Shown: positions 36,649-49,730, counted from the first letter of the stretch. The stretch: 64,000 bases of DNA from Mobula hypostoma (GCF_963921235.1 NC_086097.1:111168001-111232000); one strand, 5' to 3'. The notes: generated by a model from the sequence alone, not told the origin. Numbers and translations are program-made.

Positions 36649-37367
36649 TATAATTTCCTGGGCTCTCTCTACTCCCTTTCTTGAATAATGGAACAACATC
36701 CGCAACCCTCCAATCCTCCGGAACCTCTCTCGTGCCCACTGATGATGCAAAGATCATCGCCAGAGGCTCAGCAGTCTCCTCCCTCACCCCCCCATAGTAG
36801 CCTGGGGTACATCTCATCCGTCCCAGTGACGTATCCAACTTGATGCTTTCCAAAAGTCCTCTGTCTTAATATCTACATGCTCAAGCATTTCAGTCCGCTG
36901 TAAGTCATCCCTACAATCACCAAGATCCTTTTCTGTAGTGAATACTGAAGCGAAGTATTCATTAGGTACCTCTGATTTCTCCTCCAGTTCCATACACACT
37001 TTTCCACTGTCACACTTGATTGGTCCTATACTCTGAAGTCTTATCCTCTTGCTCTTCACATACTTATCGAATGCCTTGGAGTTTTCCTTAATCCTGTCTG
37101 CCAAGGCCTTCTTATGGCTCCTTCTGGCTCTCCTAATTTCTTTCTCAAGCTCTTTCCTGCTTGCCTTATAATCTTCTAGATCTCTATCATTACCTAGTTT
37201 TTTGAACCTTTTGTAAGCTTTTCTTCTTGACTAGATTTACAATAGCCTTTGTACACCATGGTTCCTGTACCCTACCATCCTTTCCCTGTCTCATTGGAAT
37301 GTACTATGCAGAACTCCACGCAAGTATCCTCGGAACATTTGCCACATATCTTCCGTATATTTCCCTG
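36649..37367 (-). mobile_element. CR1-A, middle part, inverted
   Basis: Continues IFSG|KYTEDMWQMF through to VPEDWRVADVVPLFKKG..PGNYRP. ccctg (reverse complement caggg) TSD half at 37363-37367. Confidence 0.88.
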
Positions 37368-40300
37368 TGTCATGGTCCGGTCCATGAAGTCCGCATTCTG
37401 GTTCACAGACCAGACCATGACAGTACCCCTCCTTCTATGGGAGCCTCTGGGCGACCGAAGAGGCTCTCCAGGACTAAGGACGACTCAGGCGGGTGGTGGG
37501 AGGTTTTGACACTAAGGAATCCTGGATGGCGAGAGTTCATCTCCAGTGTCTGTGTCGCTGGGTCCATGGATGGCTGGTTCATTCTGTCACAATGGGGGCA
37601 CTGGTAGCAGACACAAATGCAAGACACGGACACTGAAGTACAAGGAACAGGACTTGACTAGAGTAGGGCCGTGAAAGGATACAGACAAGGAGCAGGGACA
37701 AGAATGCAGACTTGGGCTAGGACATGGACTAGACAGGGAACCCGGACAAGGAACTATGAACTAGGAGCCTGGGCTTGGGAAAGCGGGTCCAGGACTAGGA
37801 ACATGAACTAGGAGCCTGGGCTTGGGAAAGCAGGACCAGGACTAGGAACATGAACTAGGAGCCTGTGCTTGGACTCCAAGCCAGAGACTGGACAAGGACC
37901 CAGAACCTGAGTCTTGCCTCGGGCTCGGATGCCAGAACTAGGCAAGGACATGACATGGATGCAGGACAGGACGAGGCTGGGGTGTAGAGGCTTGAGGCTG
38001 GGGGCTGGGGTCCTGGGTCTTGAGCTTGGAGGCAGGCTGGGGTCTTGAGACTTGAGCTTGGAGACAGGCTGGGGTCTTGAGACTTGAGCTTGGAGACAGG
38101 CTGGGGTCTTGAGACTTGAGCTTGGAGACAGGCTGGGGTCTTGAGACTTGAGCTTGGAGACAGGTTGGGGTCTTGAGACTTGAGCTTGGAGACAGGCTGG
38201 GGTCTTGAGGCTTGAGCTTGGAGACAAGCTGGGGTCTTGAGGCTTGAGCTTGGAGACAAGCTGGGGTCTTGAGGCTTGAGCTTGGAGACAAGCTGGGGTC
38301 TTGAGGCTTGAGCTTGGAGATGGGCTGGGGTCTGAGGCTTGAGCTTGGAGGCTGGAGCTCAGAGACAGACTGGGAACTGTATATCAGCATAGAGCCGGGA
38401 CTTATTCTTCGAAAAGTTGGGACTCATCTTTAACACGACACCAACATGAGACTGGACAGAACATAGACATAGAGCCGGGACTTATACTGAGACAAGCCAG
38501 GACTCAACTTCATCTCCACACCAAGGTGGGAAAGGTCCCTCCGTCGAGCAACGGCAGGCGGCCTGACTTACCCCACGGAGGCAAGGACAAAACAAGACAG
38601 ATCCCCCTGCAGGGCAACGGCAGAACGGCCTGATGTACCCCACGGAGGCGAGGATAAGAAGAGACAAACATCAAAGAACGACAGACAGTTCCATTTCTGC
38701 TTCGGGGTTGCTCCAAGTCGCAGTTACGGCCAGCGACCTCAGCTGGCTACAGAAACAGCCAGATCCCTACCTAGCTCGGAGTGGCTGATGGCCACTCAGC
38801 TGGCCCAGGAAATGGCCGAATCCATACCGCAATGGCAGCTCCAACTGACAACAAGGCTCCATGAGGGGATGTTTCCCCAACGCGGCCTAAAGATGGCAAG
38901 TGGCCACTTTAACCTTCCACCAGCAGGTTGCTCCCAGGGGATCTTGACAAGATGAACCAGCAGCTCACACTCGACCTCAAGGCCACCTATATTCCAAACC
39001 CCAATATGGGAATCAGGTGCCTATGATTAACTCAACCAAAACAAGGGACAGCTGGAAGACCCGGAGTCCTGAGTCCACAGACCAGACCGTGAACTGGAAT
39101 GGGGACTTCACGGACCGGACCATGACAGTAACCCCCCCCCTTTCTTATGGAGCCTCCGGGCAACCGAAGAGGCTCTCCAGGACTAAGGATGACTTGGGCG
39201 GGTCGGGGTGGGGGAGGTTTCGACACTAGGAAATTCTGGATGGCGAGAGTTCACCTCCAGTGCCTGTGTCGCTGAGTCCATGGTTGGCTGGTTCGTTCTG
39301 TCACAATGGGGGTGCTGGTAGCAGACCTAAATGCAAGACACAGACACTGAAGTACAAGGAACAGGACTTGACTAGAGTAGGGTCGTGAAAGGATACAGAC
39401 AAGGAGCAGGGACAAGAATGCAGACTTGGGCTAGGACATGGACTAGACAGGGAACCCGGACAAGAAACTATGAACTAGAAACCTGGGCTTGGGAAAGCGG
39501 GTCCAGGACTAGGAACCATGAACTAGGAGCCTGTGCTTGGACTCCAAGCCAGAGACTGGGCAAGGACCCAGAACCTGGGGCTTGCCTCGGGCTCAGACCC
39601 CAGAACTAAGCAAGGACATGACATGGATGCAGGACAGGATGAGGCTGGGGTCTAGAGGCTTGAGGCAGGCTCGGGTCTGAGGCTTGAGCTTGGAGACAGG
39701 CTGGGGTCTGAGGCTTGAGATTGAAGGCGGGCTGGGGTCTTGGAATGCGGAGGCTGATAACTCGGGGGCTGGAGCTTGGAGACAGACTGGGAACTGTATA
39801 TCAACGTAGAGCCTGGACTTATCCTTCAAAAAGCCTGGACTCAACTTCATCTCCACACCAAGTTGGGAAAGGTCCCTCTGTCGGGCAATGGCAGACAGCC
39901 TGACATACCCCACGGAGGCAAGGACAAGACAAGACAGATCCCCCCGCAGGGTAATGGCAGAACGGCCTGACTTACCCCACAGAGGCAAGGACAAGACAAG
40001 ACAGATCCCCCAGCAGGGCAATGGCAGAATGGCTTGACTTACCCCACGGAGGCGAGGACAAGAAGAGACGAACATCAAAGAATGACAGACAGTTCCATCT
40101 CTGCTTCGGGGTTGCTCCGAGTCGCAGTTAAGGCCAGTGACCTCGGCTGGCTATGGAAACAGCTGGATCCCTACCTAGCTTGGAGTGGCTAGCAGCCACT
40201 CAGCTGGCCCAGGAAATGGCCGAATCCATACCGCAATGGCAGCTCCAACTGACAACAAGGCTCCATGAGGGGATGGTTCCCCAACGCGGCCTAAAGATGG

Positions 40301-40469
40301 CAAGTGGCCACTCTAGCCTTCTACCGGCAGGTTGCTCCCAGGGGATCTTGACAAGACGAACCAGCAGCTCACACTCGACCTCAAGGCCATTTATATTCCA
40401 AGCCCCAAGATGGGAATCAGGTGCCTATGATTAACTCAACCAAAACAAGGGACAGCTGGAAGACCCGGA
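37368..40469 (-). mobile_element. Tandem array of non-autonomous Gypsy-type LTR elements: LTR ends (37368-37422), internal 37423-37584, LTR 37585-39127, internal 39128-39298, LTR 39299-40469 (truncated)
   Basis: LTRs have TGTCA..TGACA termini. Each ~165-bp internal carries gaaYgaaccagcc right after the LTR, a short gag-like start (MD.ATQ.LE.NSRHP) and a PPT. Confidence 0.85.
38015..38350. repeat. VNTR, ~10 x 32 bp (ggtcttgagRcttgagcttggagacaRgctgg) inside the LTR
   Basis: Direct tandem units with period 32. Confidence 0.92.
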
Positions 40470-41410
40470 GTAAGGTTTATGCAACACACACATAAAGTGC
40501 AGCATCTATGGAAAAAAGTACAGTCGGGCAGAGACCATTCGGCAGGACTGGAGAGAAAAAAAGATGAGTAGATTTTAAAAGTTGGGGGGGTAGAGAGAAA
40601 CACAAGGTAGGTAGGGGAAGGGATGAAGTAAGTAGCTGGGAAATTGTTTGGTGAAAGAGGCTGGAGAAGCGGGAGTCTGATAGGGGAGGGTAGAAGGCCA
40701 TGGAAGAAAAGGGGGGTGGGGGCACCAGAGGGAGGCAATGGGCAGGCAAGCAGATAAGGTGAGAGGGGTAAAGGTGAAGAGGGGGGAGCCATTACTGGAA
40801 GTTCGAGAAATCGATGTTCATGACATCAGGTAGGAGGCTACCCAGACGGAATATAAGGTGTTGCTCCTTCAGCCTGGGTGTGGCCTCATCGCAACAGTAG
40901 AGGAGGCCACGGATGACATATCGGAACGGGAATGGGAAGTGGAATTAAAATGGGTGGCCATTGGGAGATCCCGCTTCTGGTGGACAGTGCATAGGTGCCT
41001 GGTGAAGCGGTCTCCTAATCTACGTCGGGTCTCTCTGATATACAGGAAGCCACACCGGGAGCACCAGACACAATATATGACACCAACAGACTCACAGGTG
41101 AAGTTTCGCCTTATCTGGAAGGACTATTTGAGGCCTTGAATGGTAGTGAGGGAGGTGGTGTAGGGACAGGTGTAGCACTTATTCCACTTGCAAGGATAAG
41201 TGCCAGGAAGAAGATTAGTCAGGAGGGATGAATGGACAACGGTTTGCGCAGGGGGCGATCCCTGTGGAAAGCAGAAAGTAGGGGGAGGATAAGATGTGCT
41301 TGGTGGCGGGATCCCGATGAGATGGCAGAAGTTCCGGAGAATTATGTGCTGGGCACGGAGGCTGGTGAAGTGGTAGGTGAAGGCAAGAGGAACCCTATCC
41401 CTGGTGGGGT
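40470..41410 (-). mobile_element. PLE 3' fragment (linker, GIY-YIG, pLTR)
   Basis: RDRVPLAFTYH, CKWNKCYTC, CSRCGFLYI.ET on the minus strand. Confidence 0.9.
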
Positions 41411-42444
41411 TCCAGCCACTCTTGGGCAAAGATCCGAAATTCAATCACTTATTCGGCTGCTGGCCATCCCCCCAAAACCCCCTCCCCACCATCGAATCTT
41501 CATCAGGTGGTCTGATGGAACACCTTCCTCATGGCGACCCCCAGACTCTCCTGAGACCAGCAGCCAGACTTCTGCTCAGGGTAACATGGAGCCTTCAGGA
41601 AACTAGGTCCTACCTTCCAGGGACGGCAAATCGACTCCAGCCTTGGGCCTGTGCAGGTCCAGACCCGATCCAGGTCAGGAGTGCACTGGAACTGGATCTG
41701 TAGTTCAGAAGCAAACTAAGGAGATGTCCAAGTGATATGAAACTCTAGTAGCAAAGCCAAAGGGCTCCAGTCGCCAGGTCCCATCTAAGAGGAAGGCTCC
41801 AAAATGGAGAACCTTGGAGCTTAGTCCCAGGAGCCCGAGGACCATACGTCACTGCCGTTGTCTAAGGAGACGTATGAGGATTTGGACTGTGAGGTGGCCT
41901 CTGTTCTGTCTTGTGGATCTCTGGGGGAAGACTCTGGGGTCTGTCGAATCACCCCCCGCTGCTGACAGAATCTTAGGAGTCGTACTCAAGGGAAGGTTCA
42001 GGGATAATTGCAGCATTCAAGCCGGTGGAAATCCCTTCTGTCTTCAAGGATTTGGAAGAGGCCTTCGATAAGAAAAGGGCTCAACCTTTCCACTGCGCTG
42101 ATGCTGCTATTGATCTACTGCCTGGTGCTTGTCTTCCACGGGTCGATTATACATCCTCTCAGTCTCAAAGAGAAGCCCTATAGGATATATGAAGGAAGCT
42201 CTTGCCCTGGGCTTCATTGGGCCTACCACCTCTCTAGCCAGTGCTGGCTTCTTCTTTGTATGGAAGGACAGGAGTCTGCAGCCATGCATTGATTATAGAG
42301 GGCTGATTCGCAAAACGCAAAGAATCATTACCCTCCTTCACTCATGAACACTGCTTTCGAGATTCTCCAAGGGCCAAGAGTATTCTCGAAGCTAGACTTG
42401 TAGAGTGCATACCATCTAGTTCGCATAAAAGAGGGTGACTAGTG

Positions 42445-43953
42445 CAAGCAACACACATAAAAGTCGCTGGTGAATGCAGCAGGCCAGGCAGCATCTCTAG
42501 GAAGAGGTACAGTCGATGTTTCGGGCCAAGACCCTTTGTCAGGACTCACTGAAATAAGAGCTAGTAAGAGATTTGGAAGTGGGAGGGGGAGAGGGAGATC
42601 CAAAAGGATAGGAGAAGACAGGAGGGGGAGGGATGAAGCCAAGAGCTGGACAGTTGATTGGCAAAAGGGATATGAGTGGATCATGGGACAGGAGGCCCAG
42701 GGAGAAAGAAAAGGGGGAGGGGGGAATAAGCCCAGAGGATGGGCAAGGGGTTTAGTCAGTGGGACAGAGGAAGAAAACAGAGAGAGAGAAAAAGAATGTG
42801 TGTATATAAATAAATAACGGATGGGGTACGAGGGGGAGGTGGGGCATTAGTGGAAGTTTGAGAAGTCAATGTTCATGCCATCAGGTTGGAGGCTACCCAG
42901 AGGGAATATAAGGTGTTGTTCCTCCAACCTGAGTGTGGCTTCATCTTTATAGTAGAGGAGCCCGTGGATAGACACATCAGAACGGGACAGCTTATCTACT
43001 GATGTCTACTATAAGCCTACTGACTCTCACAGCTATCTGGACTATTCCTCTTCTCACCCTGTCTCTTGCAAAAATGCCATCCCTTTCTCGCAATTCCTCT
43101 GTCTCCGCCGCATCTGCTCTGAGGATGAGGCTTTTCATTCCAGGACGAGGGAGATGTCCTCCTTTTTTAAAGAAAGGGGCTTTCCTTCCTCCACCATCAA
43201 CTCTGCTCTCAAACGCATCTCTCCCATTTCACGCACATCTGCTCTCACTCCATCCTCCCGCCACCCCACTAGGAATAGGGTTCCCCTTGTCCTCACCTAC
43301 CACCCCACCAGCGTCCGGGTCCAACATATAATTCAACGTAACTTCTGCCACCTCCAACGGGATCCCACCACTAAGCACATCTTTCCCTCCCCGCCTCTCT
43401 CTGCTTTCCGCAGGGATTGCTCCCTACGCGACTCCCTTGTCCATTCGTCCCCCCCATCCCTCCCCACCGATCTCCCTCCTGGCACTTATCCTTGTAAGTG
43501 GAACAAGTGTTACACTTGCCCTTACACTTCCTCCCTTACCACCATTCAGGACCCCAGACAGTCCTTCCAGGTGAGGCGACACTTCACCTGTGAGTCAGCT
43601 GGGGTGATATACTGCGTCCGGTGCTCCCGATGTGGCCTTCTATACATTGGCGAGACCTGACGCAGACTGGGAGATTGTTTCGCTGAACACCTATGCTCTG
43701 TCCACCAGAGAGAGCAGGATCTCCCAGTGGCCACACATTTTAATTCCACGCCCATTCCCATTCCGATATGTCTATCCACGGCCTCCTCTACTGTAAAGAT
43801 GAAGCTCTTCCTTCAGTTAGTCCTGACGAAGGGTCTTGGCCGGAAACGTCGACTGTACCTCTTCCTAGAGATGCTGCCTGGCTTGCTGCGTTCACCAGCA
43901 ACTTTTATGTGTGTTGCTTGGAATTCCAGCATTGCAGAATCCCTCATGTTTGC
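42445..43953. mobile_element. Fold-back PLE inserted in Gypsy RT (minus arm 42445-42983, plus arm 42985-43953)
   Basis: 10-bp TSD gtgactagtg (42435-42444, 43954-43963). ORF 43154-43660 ends GVIYCVRCSRCGLLYIGET. Confidence 0.93.
43819..43854 (+). ncRNA. Minimal hammerhead ribozyme in PLE pLTR (core intact, stem II mismatch)
   Basis: agtc-ctgacga-agggtcttggccg-gaaa-cgtc-gact. A mutated inverted partner lies at 42511-42546. Confidence 0.7.
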
Positions 43954-46659
43954 GTGACTAGTGGAAGACGGCATTCAACACGCCGACAGGGCACTAGGAG
44001 TACCTGGTCATGTCCTTCGGCCTTGTGAACATGTCAGCAGCTTTCCACGCCTGATAAACGATGTGCCCCGGATGATCTCCATAAGTACACCTTCACCTAC
44101 TTGGACAGCATCCTAATTTTCTCAAAGTCCATGGAGGAGCACGTTGCTCACATCAGACATCCTAGAGAGGCTTTTTTGATCATAGACTTTACGCCAAGCT
44201 GGAGAAGTCTGAATTTCACGTAACCACCATTTCATTTTTGGACTTCATTTCTAATGGAGCCTAGCAGGACGCAGGCAGTAAGAGATTGACCACAACCATC
44301 CAGGATGAAACAAGTTCAATGCTTCCTGGGATTTACCAACTTTTACTGAAAGTTCATCAGAAACTTCAGCACAGTGGTGGCTCAGCTGACAGCCAAGAGA
44401 TCCACTGGTCCTTTTGTTTGGACTACCGAGGCGAAGGCTCCGTTCACAGAGTTCAAACAGCGGTTCGCGACAGTTCCCATTTTGGTTACGCCTAAACCGT
44501 ACCTTCCCTTCATCATGGAGATGAAAGCCTGAGGCGTCGGAGTAGGTGCAGTCGCCTCAGTGGACATCTTCGGACAATAAACTGCACCCGTGTGCGTTCT
44601 TTTCCAGGAGGCTATCCCCGGCAGAGGTGAACTATGACATTTGGAATTGTGAGCTTCTTGCAGTTAAGTTAGGTTTGGAGGAATGGTGTCACTGGCTAGA
44701 GGGGGCCAAGAACCCTTTTTATCATTTGGACAGGTCACAAGAACCTGGCTCATATTCAGCAGGCCAAGAAGCTGAATTCCAGACAGCCAGGTGGTATTTT
44801 GTTCCTTAACTGCTTTAATTTCATCCTGACCCATCGACTGGGGTCAAAGAACCAGAAGCCAGATATCTTGTCCTGTCAGCTTGACGAACCAGAACGAAAA
44901 GAGCAGCCTACTACCATTTTGCCCCAAACCAAGGCGGTAGCGTCAATTCGTTGGGGAAATCGAAACCCTTGTTCACAGAGCGCAAGTGCCACGGGAAATT
45001 CCTAAGAACAGTCCTCTGATTCAACTCTTTGTCCCATGTTCTGTCTGGTCCCAGATGGGGACATTCCTCGAATGGCCATTCACCCAAGGATTGCTAGGTC
45101 CCTTGAGTTTCTCAAGAGGAGGTATTTGTGTCCCAGAATGATGAATGAAGTTCAGCAATACGTGCAGGCATGCGAGGTGTGCGCTCGCAACAAGCAGCTC
45201 CATACCCAACCTCAAGGAGTTTTCCATCTCCACACCTGTTCTGTCAGACCATGGGCGCACATCTCCATAGACTTCGTCATGGGTCTTCCTCCTTCCAAGA
45301 GGAAGACCATTAGCATGGTAATTGTGGATCGTTTTTCGAAGGCCTTCATGTTCATCGCCTTGGAGAGACTACCATCTGCGGCAGAGACGGCCGAAATTGT
45401 CCTGCACTAGATCTTCATGATCCACGGTTTTCCGATGGATGTTGTGTCGATCGCGGTCCACAACTCACATTATACTTCTGGAGGGTGTTTTGCTGACTGC
45501 GGTAACAGCGAGTCTTTCCTCTGGGTTTCACCTGCAGTCCAATGATCAGACAGAGCGGGTGAACCAAGATATGGAATGTATCCTAAGATGCCTGGCCTCT
45601 GAAAGACCAAACAAGTGCAAGACCTCTGCCCATTTGACATGGGCGGAGGTCACCCACAACACGTTGCGGCATTCGGTGCTCGGGATGTCTCCTTTTGAAT
45701 GCCAATTTGGGTATTCTCCACCACTCTTGCCTGAGCAGGAGGCAGAGGTCAGGGTTCCTGTGTCCAAAGCTCTTGTCTGACGCTGCAAGGAGAGATGGAC
45801 TAGGACAAGGGAGATTTTGTTAGCTTCTGTCCATAAGGCTGAAATAAAGGCCAACCACAAGAGAAGACAGGGACCAGTTTTGTCGTCTGAGCCCTTGAGG
45901 TCTGGCTGTTGACTTGGGATTTGCCTCTCCGGATGGAGTTCAGGAAATTGGCGCTGAAGTTCATTGGACACTTCAAGATTCCCAGGAAAGTAAATTTGGT
46001 GGCCTACACCTTGCAGCTCCCCAAGACCCTCAAGATGAATCTCATTTTCCATATTTCCGAATTAAAGCCTGTGAGCACCAGACCTTTAGCCCATCAGCAT
46101 CAGTCCCACCGCTACCCTGGTTTGTCGATGGGGAACCGGTCTGCACCATGAGGAAAATATTGGATTCACGAACTATTCAGGGTGTTTGGTAGATCCTCAT
46201 GTGCTGGGAGGGATTCGGACCCAAGGAAAGGTGCTGAGTTCCTGAAAGGGACGTCTTGGATCGAACTCTCATCCATGACCACAACCCCCACTCTCTGAGC
46301 AGCCAGGACCGGCAGGAGCTGGCCATTGTGGGGAGGCTGAGTCCTGTTCTGACACGCACGCAACCACGGCAGCTTCTGGGGGTTAGACCTCAAATTCCCC
46401 AGAGTACGATAGCTGGCCGGCTCCTTTAGAGATTCAGCACCGTACTGCTAATTGGCAATCGTGTTTTGTGCACCAAGAATTGAGTATCTAAGGAGCACCT
46501 GCTCTGTGCTCAATTATTAGTGATATATGAGGAACTTACTGGTGACTTTTGTCCAGCATTTGTTTTGTGTTCAGTTCTCAATCCTTGACAATCTAGCACT
46601 TGGGTCCAAGTCAGCTTGGTTGAGGACCCTTGTCAGAGTCCTGGCTATCAATGTTTTAT

Positions 46660-49090
46660 ATGTGATAGGGAGGGAGGTGAAGGATTTGCATTACAAATCG
46701 GGGAGAATGTCAGAGCGGCGCTCAGAAGTCACACTGTGAGGCTTATCCACTGAAGCAATATGAGTGAAGCTCAGAAATAAAGTTCAATCCCTCTGGCATT
46801 GTACTTTCAGCTCTCAATAGACACGGGAAGGTAGGAGAACAGAATTATGGAAATGTGTAACAGCAACAGGACTGTCATAATGGGTGTCTTTAACTTTCCA
46901 TATATCGACTGGGACTAAATGGGACCGCAATTCTTCAGTGCATTCCAGAAGCATTCTTGAAAATGTTTGTGGGCAATTTATTTAGAGGAGGGTCCATGCT
47001 AGACTTTGTTCAGGAGATGAGCCTGGCTTGATGACTCTCAATCAGAGACCATTTTGGGAACAGTGACCCTAGCTCCTTGCATTTTAAGATGTTTAAGTTT
47101 GAACCTTGTGGGAAAAGTACTAAATTAGGGAGGGAAAATTACAACAAAATTAAACCATAGTTAGGAAGAGTTACTTTGGAGCAGCTGTTGCTGTGCCAAA
47201 CCACATCTGACATGGGAGTTGTGCGAAGATGAGCTGATCAAAGTTCAGGACCAGCATGTTCCAGTCAAGAGGGAGGACAAAGATGGCAAGGTAAGGGGAC
47301 CTTGGATGATGAGAGGGGTTGTGAATTTAGCCAAAAAGTAAAAGATGCAAATGCAAAGTTTAGGAAACTAAAATCAAACGGTCCTTGAGGAATTTAATAA
47401 AAAAAAGCAGGAAAAAATTCTCAGGCAGGGGAGTGACAAGGCTGAAAAGAACCATGTAATGCTCTTGGCCAGTTGGATTAAAGAGAATCCTGAAGCATTT
47501 CTGAGCTCATGGGAAGTGGCCACACAAAGTCGAGATTATTTTTATTTGTCATATGTATAGAGAAACCTCAAAACATACAGTGAAGTGTGTGATTTTGCAT
47601 CAACGACCAACACAGTCCAAGGAGCATGCTGGGGGCAGCCTGCAAGTGTTACAATGCTTCTGACACAGGCATGGTCACTAACTCTAACCCCTGGTGTCAC
47701 AGGAAACATACTCGCATGGATAGAAGATTGGCTGAGTGGGAATAAAGGGGACCTTTTCCGGTTGGCTGTTTGTGTCTAGTCATGTTCCACAGGTGTTGGG
47801 ACAATTCTTTTCATGTTATAGGTCAGTGATGTGGATGATGGAATTGATGGCTCAGCATTGAGGAAGCAGGGAGTCTGTAACAGGACTTACTTGTTACATA
47901 CACTTGTTAGGGTGCATTCTCCAGATACCTTATAAGGTAACCGTAGCCTTCAGCCAGGAGCAGGTGTCATCAGGTGGTTCCCAACCTTCACAGAGTGTTT
48001 TGACCCTTAACCACGACACTCACCATTTGGTGGGCCGGCAGTGGTGGCCAAATCATTGCCCATCTGTTCCTGGCATCCAGCTTTCCTCCCCTCGCCTACT
48101 CCAAATCCAGCAAGAGGCTTGTTCTGCCTCTTCCCCCATCCTACGAGCTGCTTGTTTTTTTGCTCCTTTCGTCCAGGCCCAGATCTGACAACAACCGCCA
48201 TGCTGATTTGGCTGGGAAACCTCTGCAGCCGACCTCCACAGGGAACAACCATGCCTGCCATCCCTTGTCTTTACACTCCTGCACTAAGGGCTGGTACTTC
48301 AAGGCCTTTCCCTCGTGGGCCTCTTCCCATCCCTCCTCCCACGGCATAGTCAACTCGACCAGAATTATTTTCTTGTCTTCGGTTGACCACAGTACAATGT
48401 CTGGGTGTAGGATTGTGTGCAGCACATCTGGGAACTGCAACCTCCTTCCCACATCGACCCTCATCTCGCAGGACCTGGCTGTTAGCAGCAGATTGGGCTT
48501 TGGTTGTTTGGTTACAAAAGGCCTAGCTCCCTCTTTGATGAAGGTGATGACCTTCCTCAAATCTGTGCCAGCCGTCCTCTTCTTGCATCTCTCCCGCTCT
48601 AGTGTGTCAGCAAGAGCCAGAAGCACCTTATGATGGCGCCACTTAAACAGATTAGGAGAATGAGTAAAGAAGTTGCAGATGGAATATAGTGCATGGTCAT
48701 GCACTTTAGAAGAAAGAATAAAGGTGTAGATTATTTTCTAAATGGGGAGAAAATTCAAAAATCAGAGGTGCAAAGAAACTTGGAAGTTCTTGTGTAGGAT
48801 TTTCTACAGGTTAACTTGCAGACTGAGTCAGTGGTAAGAAAGGCAAATACAATGTTAACACTGATTTTGAGAGGACTAAACTAGAAGCAAGGATGCAATG
48901 CTGAGGCTTTATAAGGCGTTAGTCATTGTGAGCAGTTTTGGCCCCCATCTAAGAAAAGGCTTGCTGGCGTTGCAGAAGGTTCATGAGAATGATTCCAGCA
49001 ATGAAAAGGTTAATATATGGGGAGCATTTGTTGGCTCTGGCCTTGTATTTGCTGGCTTTTAGAGGAACGAGATGGGGGCAGATCACCTTG
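46660..49090 (+). mobile_element. Old CR1 ORF2 fragments (endonuclease ~46660-47500; RT ~47690-49090)
   Basis: Decayed MG.FNFPYIDW, FGNSD, ILAWIEDWL and VVRKANTML motifs. Interrupted by HERO. Confidence 0.7.
47890..48640 (-). mobile_element. HERO-clade non-LTR retrotransposon 3' fragment (restriction-like endonuclease plus 3' UTR)
   Basis: WRH..VL ... PDIVLWS...ILVELTMPWEE..AHE.K..KY..L...GWQAWLFPVEVGCRGF. actta is duplicated at 47885-47889 and 48641-48645. Confidence 0.85.
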
Positions 49091-49730
49091 AAAGGAGGAC
49101 TACATTTACAATCCTCTAGTCATCAGGAATCTCAGTTGTCAGTGAGGATTTAAAAACTATCAGTTAATGCTCCAATGATCTCTTCCCTTGACTTCTACAG
49201 CAGTCAGGGAAAGACCTCATCTGATCCTTGGGAATTTATCTATTTTTATACCTGCTAAGGCTTTTAGTTCCTTCCATTTATTTATTGAGTCACTTTCTGT
49301 TCACCTTGCCCTTTGTTTAATTCTCCAGTGATAAAATCAATTTTTTGGTGAATATTGTTGTAAATTATTCATTTAGGACCACCGCTATACTTCATGGTTC
49401 CATGCACACATTGTCCCTACAGTCCTTAATGGTCCTTACACTTTGGCTTTAATATACTTGCAGTGTGTCACTGCATTAAATTAAATCTGCTCTTCCAGTG
49501 ATACTTTCTTTTAACCTCTTTGCCTTCCCGATTTCCTTTTTAAGCACCTCCCTATACTTCTTGCCTTCCTGATGGGTGTTATTTGCTTTTTTTCTGCTAG
49601 ACCTACCATATACAGTATTTCACTTTCTTTCACTTTATCCCAGCCTCTATTACCTTGCATATTCGTATTTCCTCATATTTGTCACCCTTGGCTTTTGCCC
49701 TGAAGGAACATGTTGGCTCTAAACCCTTGG

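Larger units (their letters stand above)
41411..46650 (+). mobile_element. Decayed Gypsy chromovirus (Sushi-like): gag remnant, RT, RNase H, integrase, chromodomain, 3' LTR from ~46345
   Basis: [92 protein letters not shown]; chromodomain-like WEGFGP.ER. The end of the 3' LTR is uncertain. Confidence 0.9.

Noticed and set aside
37808..38390. Repetitive ORFs (SPSSSLKTPACLQAQ..)
   Set aside because: Translation of the 32-bp VNTR cycling through three frames.
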